Source: Pseudomonadota bacterium
GTDB lineage: Bacteria; Myxococcota; JACRCW01; JAFGSX01
Reading direction: 5' to 3'
Assembly: GCA_043821645.1 (NCBI GenBank)
Contig: JBDRCO010000023.1
Span: forward strand, 169,141-233,140
DNA: 64,000 nt
Of the stretch, positions 9,462 through 16,817 are shown piece by piece; position 1 is the first letter of the stretch, and each line of letters starts with the position of its first letter. The notes beneath the pieces were generated by a model, which worked only from the letters and a program-made list of their open reading frames with translations, had not been told where the DNA came from and searched no databases. A program made the position numbers and the translations under genes.

Positions 9462-9863
9462 TCAGCCCTCGGCCCAGGTCAAGGCCGTGGTCGGACAGAA
9501 GGCCGCACAGGTGGGATTGCCCTTGCACAGGTCGCACTTGAGCGCGACCTGGGTGTCTTGCCGGAAGTACATGGCGCCGAAGGGGCAGGCATACACGCAG
9601 GCCTGGCAGCCAAAGCAGCGGTCGTTGACCTCGAGGGCATGGGTGTCGGAGTTGCGGGTGATGGCCTCGACCGGGCAGGCCTTGACACAGGCCGCGTCGT
9701 CGCATTGCAGGCAGGTCAGGGGCACGGGGACGGTGTCGACCCGCCGCACGTCGATGACGCGAGGACCAATGGGGCTGGGCGCGCCGGAATGGTAAAAGGC
9801 ACAGGCCAGCTCGCAGTTGCGGCAGTGGGTGCACTCTGTGGGGCGAACGATGAGTCGCTTCAT
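9462..9863 (-). CDS. 4x[4Fe-4S] polyferredoxin (CooF/HydN/DmsB-like electron-transfer subunit)
   Basis: 16 Cys in CTHCRNCELAC, CLQCDDAACVKACP, CFGCQACVYACP and KCDLC..PTCAAFCP; GAGGAGG RBS before MKRLIV. Confidence 0.9.
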   Translation of the reverse strand: MKRLIVRPTECTHCRNCELACAFYHSGAPSPIGPRVIDVRRVDTVPVPLTCLQCDDAACVKACPVEAITRNSDTHALEVNDRCFGCQACVYACPFGAMYFRQDTQVALKCDLCKGNPTCAAFCPTTALTWAEG

Positions 9864-9868
9864 CGTGG

Positions 9869-10699
9869 TCACCTCCTCATCGTGCCGCTGGGCAGCGGCG
9901 GTGGCGTGCCACCCATGGCCTTGGGCGTGAAGCCCGGGTGGGTCTTGAGCACCACGTCGGCGAAGGTGCTGGCGGTGCGCTGACGCTTGCAGCTCGGGCA
10001 CTCCTCGTAATAGCTGGCGTCGAGCCCGCTGCGCCGGACCAGCAGGTCTCTTTCGTCGGCCGTCATGAAGGGCGCGTGGCAGGTCTTGCAGGTGAGAAGC
10101 GCGAACTCGCGCTCCCAGATCCGACGAACCCCCTGTTTCTCCTCGAAGGGAATGCACGCTGTGGGGCAGATGCGCGCGCAGGCAAAGCAGCCCACGCAGG
10201 CCTCGGCCGCACCGCCAAAAGGTGTGGCGATGACCTTGTCGCTGCCGCGCTGGGCCGTGGTGATGGCGTGGGCACCCACGCGATCACAGGCACGCACACA
10301 CAGGCCGCACAGGATGCAGTCGTCCGCATCCGTCCGCGGCGTGTAGCTGGTCCTGGCCACGCCCGCGTCGCGGGCCATCTGCTGGATCAGGGGTGCGTCC
10401 GGGCACCGCGCGAGAAGCAGATCCAGAAGCTGGGCGCGCGTACGGCGCACGCGCTCGCTCTGGGTGGACACCTGCAAGCCCTCCTCGACGGGATAGAGGC
10501 ACGAGGTGACCAGCTTGCTCCAGCCGTCCCAGCTCGGACGTGTGATCTCGACCACGCACACGCGGCAGGCCCCGACGTCCTCGACCGCGGGGTGGTGGCA
10601 CAAGGTCGGAATGGGAATGCCTGCGCGCGTGGCGGCATCAAGCAGGGTCTCGCCCTCGCGCGCCGTCAGCTTGCGGTCGTCAATGTGGAGCGTCACCAT
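9869..10699 (-). CDS. NuoG-N/HoxU/BamI-like Fe-S subunit ([2Fe-2S] + 2x[4Fe-4S] + C-terminal CxxC...CxxC), no catalytic domain
   Basis: IPTLC...GACRVCVVE...TSC; CILCGLCVRAC; CVGCFACARICP; CKTC...CPSC; only 276 aa. Confidence 0.88.
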   Translation of the reverse strand: MVTLHIDDRKLTAREGETLLDAATRAGIPIPTLCHHPAVEDVGACRVCVVEITRPSWDGWSKLVTSCLYPVEEGLQVSTQSERVRRTRAQLLDLLLARCPDAPLIQQMARDAGVARTSYTPRTDADDCILCGLCVRACDRVGAHAITTAQRGSDKVIATPFGGAAEACVGCFACARICPTACIPFEEKQGVRRIWEREFALLTCKTCHAPFMTADERDLLVRRSGLDASYYEECPSCKRQRTASTFADVVLKTHPGFTPKAMGGTPPPLPSGTMRR

Positions 10700-12612
10700 C
10701 AGATCACCTTGATCGCGTCAAAGGTGCAGGCGCGAATGCACACGCCGCAGTGGGTACAGGTGTCCTGGTCAATCAGGTGTAGCTGCTGCTTCTCGCCGGC
10801 AATGGCGTCGACGGGGCACAGGCGCTTGCACACCAGGCAGCCTGTGCAGCTGTCGAGCACCTCGAAGCGGCTGAGCGCGGTGCACACGCCGGCGCGGCAG
10901 CGCTTGTGCTCGATGTGTTCGATGTACTCGTCGCGAAAGTACTTCAGCGTCGACATCACCGGGTTCATGGCCGAGGTGCCCAGTGCACACAGGCTGGCCT
11001 CGAGCACGAAGGCGATGTTCTCGATGCTGTCGAGGTCCTCGAGACGACCCTCGCCCCGGCAGATGCGGTCGAGGATGCCGAGGAGCTGGGTCAATCCCTC
11101 TCGGCACGGCACGCATTTGCCGCAGCTCTCCTCGGTGAGGAAGCGCGTGAAGTAGCGGGCGACGTCCACCATGCAGGTGAAGTCGTCCATGACGATCATG
11201 CCGCCCGAGCCCATCATGGCCCCGGCCTTGGTCAAGGAATCAAAGTCGACGTGCAGGTCGAGGCAGCTCTCGGGCAAGCACCCGCCCGATGGGCCCCCGG
11301 TCTGTACGGCCTTGAAGGGGCGCTCGTTCAGGATACCGCCGCCCACATCGTAGATGATGTGGCGCAGGGTGACGCCCATGGGCACCTCGATGAGGCCCGT
11401 GTGCCGCACCGTCCCGGACAGCGAGAAGGCCTTGGTGCCTGGAGATTTCTTGGGGCCGATGGACGCGAAGGCCTCGGCTCCGTGCTCGAGGATCCAGGGC
11501 ACGCAGGTCCAGGTCTCGACGTTGTTGAGCACCGTGGGTTCGTCAAACAGCCCGCGCTCGACGCTGCGCACGTACTTGGCGCGCGGTTCACCGACATTGC
11601 CGGCGACGCTCTGCATCAGGGCACTGGACTCGCCGCAGACGAAGGCGCCGCCGCCTCGGCTGATCGTGAGATCGAAACAAAAGCCCGTGCCCAGGATGTC
11701 CTCGCCGAGAAGACCGTGGGTGCGCGCGTCGACGATGGCCCTGCCCAGGCGCTCCACGGCCAGGGGGTACTCCTCCCGCACGTAGATCCAGCCGTGCTGC
11801 GAACCCAGGGCGTAGGCGCCGAGGATCATCCCCTCGACCACCGCGTGCGGATCGCCCTCCATGATCACGCGGTCCATGAAGGCCCCTGGATCACCCTCGT
11901 CACCGTTGCACAGCACGTGGCGCGGCACCTTGCCCTCACCCTCGGCCTCGCGCTTCTCGGCGGCGGCGATGCAGCTCTTCCACTTGCGGCCCGTGGCAAA
12001 TCCAGCTCCGCCGCGGCCGCGCAGGCCAGAGCGGTCGACCACCGCGAGCACGTCCGCCGGCGTCATCGAGGTGAGCGCCTGCACCAGCGCTCGGTACGCG
12101 CCGTGGGCGATGGCGTCCTCGATGCTCTCGGGGTCGATGACCCCGCAGTGACGCAGGGTCAGGCGGTGCTGGTGCTTGTAAAAGGGGATCTCGTCGAAGC
12201 GCGCCACGGGCGCACCGGGCTTGGTCTTCTTGCCCGGCTTGGGTTTTGCGAGGGCCACGGTGGGGCGGTAGGCCAGCTTCTCGTCATAGCCATCGCCCAC
12301 CACGCTGGCGTCGAGAATGGCGTCCAGCATGGTCGGCTTGACCTTGGGGTACAGCAGGTGGCCTGGCTCGATGATGACCAGAGGGCCGCGCTCACACAGG
12401 CCGTGACAGCCCGTGAGGGTGGTGCGCAGCGTGGTCTGGACGTCGAGCTTGCGCGCGCGGATCTTGTCCTGCAGCGCCTGGTAGAGCCGCGCCGAACCGG
12501 CCGCCAGGCAGCCGGGGCCGCCGCACACGAGGACGTGCTTCCGGGTCTTGCCCTGCCGCGCCACGACGCTGTCGCGCCAGGTATCCAGGTCCTTTTGCGT
12601 CTGCACCCGCAT
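10699..12612 (-). CDS. NuoF/HydB (BfuB)-like FMN/NAD-binding subunit with N-terminal [2Fe-2S] and C-terminal 2x[4Fe-4S]
   Basis: SGLRGRGGAGF, NGDEGDPGAFMDR, GAFVCGE, TGGPSGG and ESCGKCVPCREG motifs; C-terminal ferredoxin domain. Confidence 0.93.
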   Translation of the reverse strand: MRVQTQKDLDTWRDSVVARQGKTRKHVLVCGGPGCLAAGSARLYQALQDKIRARKLDVQTTLRTTLTGCHGLCERGPLVIIEPGHLLYPKVKPTMLDAILDASVVGDGYDEKLAYRPTVALAKPKPGKKTKPGAPVARFDEIPFYKHQHRLTLRHCGVIDPESIEDAIAHGAYRALVQALTSMTPADVLAVVDRSGLRGRGGAGFATGRKWKSCIAAAEKREAEGEGKVPRHVLCNGDEGDPGAFMDRVIMEGDPHAVVEGMILGAYALGSQHGWIYVREEYPLAVERLGRAIVDARTHGLLGEDILGTGFCFDLTISRGGGAFVCGESSALMQSVAGNVGEPRAKYVRSVERGLFDEPTVLNNVETWTCVPWILEHGAEAFASIGPKKSPGTKAFSLSGTVRHTGLIEVPMGVTLRHIIYDVGGGILNERPFKAVQTGGPSGGCLPESCLDLHVDFDSLTKAGAMMGSGGMIVMDDFTCMVDVARYFTRFLTEESCGKCVPCREGLTQLLGILDRICRGEGRLEDLDSIENIAFVLEASLCALGTSAMNPVMSTLKYFRDEYIEHIEHKRCRAGVCTALSRFEVLDSCTGCLVCKRLCPVDAIAGEKQQLHLIDQDTCTHCGVCIRACTFDAIKVI

Positions 12613-12614
12613 GA

Positions 12615-13073
12615 TCAGTTCCTCGCGCCTGGCAGGAGAGCAGGAGCGCTCGCCGGGGTGACCGCACCATGCACCTCGTCATCGATCATGACGACGGGCG
12701 CCAGGGCACACGCACCCACGCAGTTGACCCCCTCGAGGGTGTGCTTCATGTCCGCGGTGGTCTCGCCCCGGGCCACGCCCAGAGCCTTCTCGAGCTCCTC
12801 GATGACCAGACCGCTGCCCCGCACGTGGCAGGCCGTCCCCGTGCACACCCGCACGCGATGCTCGCCCCGCGGGGTGAGGCTGAAGGCCTTGTAGAAGGTC
12901 GCGATGGCGTAGACCTTGGAGGCTGGCACCTCGAGGTAGTCGGCAGTCGCGCGCAGAGCAGCCTCGGGCAAATAGCGAAAGTGCTTCTGGAAGTCGTGCA
13001 GCAGGCCAACCATGGAGGCGGACTGGCGCGGGTGCTGCTGCAGGATGTTCTCGATGTCCGCATGGTCGCACAT
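12615..13073 (-). CDS. NuoE/HydC-like [2Fe-2S] subunit
   Basis: ATFYKAFSL, VCTGTACHVRG and NCVGACALAP motifs. Confidence 0.93.
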   Translation of the reverse strand: MCDHADIENILQQHPRQSASMVGLLHDFQKHFRYLPEAALRATADYLEVPASKVYAIATFYKAFSLTPRGEHRVRVCTGTACHVRGSGLVIEELEKALGVARGETTADMKHTLEGVNCVGACALAPVVMIDDEVHGAVTPASAPALLPGARN

Positions 13074-13088
13074 GGGTTCTACCCTCGG

Positions 13089-13631
13089 TCAGGCTTTTGG
13101 CTGCACGGCGTCGTGTCCGCGTTGCAGGGCGCGCAGGTTGATGTCGACGATCTTGGGTTTGTGGCCAAAGGTCTCCTTGATGAGGTGGTGCACGGTCTCC
13201 AGCTTGACCGCATGGGTGAGGCCCAGATAGGCGCCCAGAGCCACCATGTTGGCGGCCTTGCCCGTGCCCTCCTCCATGGCAATGTCATTGCAGGCGACGT
13301 GGTGCACCTGGATATCGGTGCGGTCGGTGTCGACGTCGATGAGCGAGGTGTTGATGATGAGCACGCCGCCAGGCTTGACCCGCGGTCCGAACTTGTCGAG
13401 CGAGGGCCGGTTCATCACCACCGCGGCCGTGGGATTCTGGAACACCGGCGAACCGATGGGCTGGTCCGAGATGACGACGTTGCAGTAGGCGGTGCCCCCG
13501 CGCATCTCGGGACCGTAGGAGGGCAACCACACCACCTCGCGACCCTCGTCGAGACCAGCGTGGGCCAGCAGCTTGCCCGTGAGCAGGATGCCCTGGCCGC
13601 CGAAGCCAGCGATGGTGACCTCACGATGCAT
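13089..13631 (-). CDS. 2-oxoacid:ferredoxin oxidoreductase gamma subunit
   Basis: AGFGGQG, PSYGPEMRGGTA and NMVALGA motifs; start MHREV overlaps the beta-subunit stop. Confidence 0.93.
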   Translation of the reverse strand: MHREVTIAGFGGQGILLTGKLLAHAGLDEGREVVWLPSYGPEMRGGTAYCNVVISDQPIGSPVFQNPTAAVVMNRPSLDKFGPRVKPGGVLIINTSLIDVDTDRTDIQVHHVACNDIAMEEGTGKAANMVALGAYLGLTHAVKLETVHHLIKETFGHKPKIVDINLRALQRGHDAVQPKA

Positions 13632-14388
13632 GCGACACCTCGCGGGCTCCATCCTCGGGTGTCTTGAACAGGCCGAGCGGATAGGCCGGCACCATGTTCT
13701 TGGCAAGCCAGGTGGCCGACTCGGGCGGCGTCAGGCCCCAGTTGGTGGGACAGGTCGACAGGCACTCGACGAGGGAGAAGCAACGGCCCTCGATCTGGTA
13801 CTCGAAGGCACGGCGGATGGCGGCCTTGGCGGCCACGCTGTGCATCTCGTCGTGAACCGACACCCGCTCCAGGTAGGCCGGCGTCTGCAGGGTCGACAGC
13901 AGCTCGACGATGCGGATGGGCCAGCCCGCCTGGTTCACGTCGCGGCCCGCCGGACAGGTGGTGGTGACCTGACCGGGCAAGGTCGTCGGCGCCATCTGGC
14001 CCCCGGTCATGCCGTAGATCGCGTTGTTCACGAAGATGGTGGTGAACTTCTCGCCACGATTGGCCGAGTGGACGGTCTCGGCCATGCCGATCGACGCCAG
14101 ATCGCCATCCCCCTGGTAGCTGAACACGACAAGATCCGGACGAGCGCGCTTGATGCCCGTGGCCACCGCCGGAGCGCGGCCATGTGCAGCCTCGTGCATG
14201 TCACAGTTGAAGTAGTTGTAGGCCAGCACCGAGCAGCCCACGGGCGCCACGCCAACGGTTCGCTCGCGCACCCCCAGCTCGTCGAGGACCTCGCCCACCA
14301 TGCGGTGCAGGATGCCGTGGGTACATCCCGGACAGTAGTGGGTCTTGACGTCGACCAGTCCAGGCGTGTTCTTGAAGACCAGTTCCAT
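13621..14388 (-). CDS. 2-oxoacid:ferredoxin oxidoreductase beta (TPP-binding) subunit, Vor type
   Basis: HYCPGCTHG, PVGCSV, GDGDLASIG...NNAIYGMTGGQ and STCPTNWG motifs. Confidence 0.93.
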   Translation of the reverse strand: MELVFKNTPGLVDVKTHYCPGCTHGILHRMVGEVLDELGVRERTVGVAPVGCSVLAYNYFNCDMHEAAHGRAPAVATGIKRARPDLVVFSYQGDGDLASIGMAETVHSANRGEKFTTIFVNNAIYGMTGGQMAPTTLPGQVTTTCPAGRDVNQAGWPIRIVELLSTLQTPAYLERVSVHDEMHSVAAKAAIRRAFEYQIEGRCFSLVECLSTCPTNWGLTPPESATWLAKNMVPAYPLGLFKTPEDGAREVSHAS

Positions 14389-14396
14389 GATCGACC

Positions 14397-15497
14397 TCAC
14401 ACGGTTGAGGAGAAGGGATCTCCCAGAACCGTGACCTTCTTGCCGTCAAGCACCTGTCTGGCCACGTGCAGGACCTCCTCGGGCGAGCACACCATGCCGC
14501 CGGCGCGACCGAAGAACGAGATGGGCTGGCGGTCCGACGTCGACAGGCGCACGTCCTCGATCATCTGTCCCATGCTCAGCTCGACCACCAGGATGGCCCT
14601 GGCCTTCTCAGCACGCGCACGCAGTTCTGCCTCGGCGAAGGGCCACAGGGTGATGGGACGAAACACGGCCACCTTGCGGCCTTCACGGTTGAGTTCGTCG
14701 GCGGTGGTCTTGGAGATGCGCGCCACCGTGCCGTAGGCCACGATGAGCAGGTCCAGGTCGCCCTCGGCACCGTAGTGTTCGAAGCGCGACTCCTGGCTGG
14801 TGATGCGCTCGTACTTGCGACGCAGCATGATGTTGTGCTGCTCGAGTTCCAGCGGATCCAGGAACAGGGAATTGACGATGTTGGGTGCGCGACCCTTGGC
14901 TCCCGTCGTGGCCCAGCTCTTGACCGGCAGGTCGGAGGCACCACGAGGGTTGAACTGCACCGGCTCCATCATCTGGCCGATGAGGCCATCGCCCATGACC
15001 ATCACGGGATTGCGGTAGCGGTCTGCGATGTCAAAGGCATCCATCATCAGATCCGCGGCTTCCTGCACCGTCGACGGCGCCAGAACGACCATCCGGTAGT
15101 CGCCGTGGCCGCCTCCTTTGGTGGCCTGCAGGTAGTCACCCTGCCCGGGCAGGATGCCGCCCAGGCCAGGCCCTGCCCGCACGATGTTGATGATCACCGC
15201 GGGCAGTTCCGAGCCAGCCATGTAGGAGATGCCCTCGGTCATCAGGCTCAGGCCCGGACTCGAGGTGGAGGTGAACACGCGCGCACCAGCGCCGGCGGCG
15301 CCATAAAGCATGTTGACCGAGGCCACCTCGCTCTCGGCCTGAACGAACACACCCCCCACCTCGGGCAGGCGTTTTGACAGGTACTCGGGCACCTCGGTCT
15401 GCGGGGTGATGGGATAGCCGAAGAAGCACAGCGCTCCCGCCTGGATGGCAGCCTCGCCCAGTGCCTCGCAACCCTTCATCAGCTTCTTGTCGCTCAT
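14397..15497 (-). CDS. vorB: 2-oxoacid:ferredoxin oxidoreductase alpha subunit (VorB-like, branched-chain 2-oxoacids)
   Basis: FGYPITPQTE, QAESEVAS, TSSPGLSLM and RAGPGLGGI..QGDY.QATKGGGHGDY motifs. Confidence 0.88.
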   Translation of the reverse strand: MSDKKLMKGCEALGEAAIQAGALCFFGYPITPQTEVPEYLSKRLPEVGGVFVQAESEVASVNMLYGAAGAGARVFTSTSSPGLSLMTEGISYMAGSELPAVIINIVRAGPGLGGILPGQGDYLQATKGGGHGDYRMVVLAPSTVQEAADLMMDAFDIADRYRNPVMVMGDGLIGQMMEPVQFNPRGASDLPVKSWATTGAKGRAPNIVNSLFLDPLELEQHNIMLRRKYERITSQESRFEHYGAEGDLDLLIVAYGTVARISKTTADELNREGRKVAVFRPITLWPFAEAELRARAEKARAILVVELSMGQMIEDVRLSTSDRQPISFFGRAGGMVCSPEEVLHVARQVLDGKKVTVLGDPFSSTV

Positions 15498-15498
15498 G

Positions 15499-15732
15499 TC
15501 AGTACTCGAACAGCTTGTACTGGTTACCGTTCAGGCCGACCTGGATCGCACAGTCCGGGCAGGTGATGGCGCACAACCCGCAGCCTATGCAGCGCGACGG
15601 GTCGTTCATCAAGGCCGGGAAGTAGCCCATGACGTTGATCTCCCGCGCCATGCCCAGGATGCGCTGCGGACAGGCCACGACACAGCGCTCGCAGCCCTTG
15701 CACAACTTGGTATCGATCAGCACCCGCGGCAT
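15499..15732 (-). CDS. 2x[4Fe-4S] ferredoxin (OFOR delta subunit)
   Basis: CKGCERCVVACP...NxMGYFP...CIGCGLCAITCPD. Confidence 0.93.
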   Translation of the reverse strand: MPRVLIDTKLCKGCERCVVACPQRILGMAREINVMGYFPALMNDPSRCIGCGLCAITCPDCAIQVGLNGNQYKLFEY

Positions 15733-15750
15733 GGCGTGCTCCTTTGCATG

Positions 15751-16521
15751 TCACTTCACCCCGGCCGGCAAGGCCGGCGTCGGTGGTCGGCCAATAGGGC
15801 CACGCCTCTGGTTCGGCTCCCAGGGCGACGTCATGAAGCGTTCGAGCGCGAGCACCGGACAGTCGAAGGCGTTCTCGCCCACGGTCTCGAGCACTCCGCG
15901 CTCGACGCTGGCGAAGCGAAGCGGCACGCCCACCTGCTCGCCGAAGGCGCGGGCAAACGCGATGCCACCCTGAACAACCTCGACGCTGGTCTCGTGAATC
16001 AGGTGCGCGTTGGCGACCAGACCCGTGACCTTGAGACGACTCGCGGCCTCGAGGTCGTTGTACATGCGCTGGCAGCCCTCCGCGGAGTCGGTGAAGGGAC
16101 GGCGCTGATTGACGACCTGGAGCACATCGGCCTTTTGCAGCCTCAACGTCGCCGAATAGGTCCCCAGCACGCGCGCACCCAGGTCATCACCGCCCACATC
16201 GAGGACCACGTGACCATCGGCGCTGGCGATGGCGCCCGCCACTTCGCGCAGCAGGATGGGCAGATCCGCAAAGGCATACTCGTTGGCCGGCGCCACCACC
16301 TCGATCCCCTGGGCCTCGACGTGGCTGCGCGCCTCCCGGCTGCGGAAGAACAGGTTGATGATGTCCAGGTCAACCAGTTGAACGCGTGCACCCGTGGTTC
16401 TGAGGGCCAGCGCGTAGTTGATCGCGATCTCGGTCTTGCCGGATCCGAAGTTTCCAATGAAGACGGTGACCGGCTGGGGCGGCGGGAGGTTCCAGTGGTT
16501 GTGGCCTGGTGCCATGGTCAT
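15751..16521 (-). CDS. Uncharacterised P-loop NTPase (SIMIBI-like) heading the vor operon
   Basis: Walker A GNFGSGKTE, DLDIINLFFRSRE and LDVGGDDLGARVL motifs; start uncertain (16521 or 16515). Confidence 0.8.
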   Translation of the reverse strand: MTMAPGHNHWNLPPPQPVTVFIGNFGSGKTEIAINYALALRTTGARVQLVDLDIINLFFRSREARSHVEAQGIEVVAPANEYAFADLPILLREVAGAIASADGHVVLDVGGDDLGARVLGTYSATLRLQKADVLQVVNQRRPFTDSAEGCQRMYNDLEAASRLKVTGLVANAHLIHETSVEVVQGGIAFARAFGEQVGVPLRFASVERGVLETVGENAFDCPVLALERFMTSPWEPNQRRGPIGRPPTPALPAGVK

Positions 16522-16695
16522 GGTTCCCGATCCGCTATGTGCTGCCGCTCCGTACACGCACAGCTCGGCGCTGCGCCGGCCTCCCCCCTTGCGCGCTGCT
16601 TGCGGATCTGCAGGCGCCAGGTCTCTGCTGGTGCGCCCGCTTCAGCCGCTTCATCCCGCCCGGATTCTCATCCAATTCATGCCAAGAGCGTCGTC

Positions 16696-16724
16696 ACCAT
16701 GCGATCTGGACCGTCAAAAGTCAA
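16696..16724 (-). promoter_or_regulatory. Candidate sigma70 promoter for the vor/Bfu operon
   Basis: TTGACT-17 nt-CATGGT on the minus strand in the intergenic gap. Confidence 0.4.
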
Positions 16725-16817
16725 TCGCTGCGCCGGTGGGAACGCACCGGCACTGGAGGCCATGTGACGACGAACCACACCGAGTGTGAAGGCTCTTGTG
16801 GCGGGAGAAGCTCCAGA

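Noticed and set aside
10906-12894. 662-aa plus-strand ORF (likewise 23403-25643, 26458-28020 and 28081-30255)
   Set aside because: Each is fully antisense to a motif-supported gene.
9869-13073. Respiratory complex I or an [FeFe]-hydrogenase
   Set aside because: No nuoA-D/H-N genes and no H-cluster motifs; the A-like subunit ends after its Fe-S domains.
16763-16779. CRP/FNR-like site TGTGA...CCACA upstream of the vor operon
   Set aside because: The spacer is 7 rather than 6 nt and the second half-site is imperfect.
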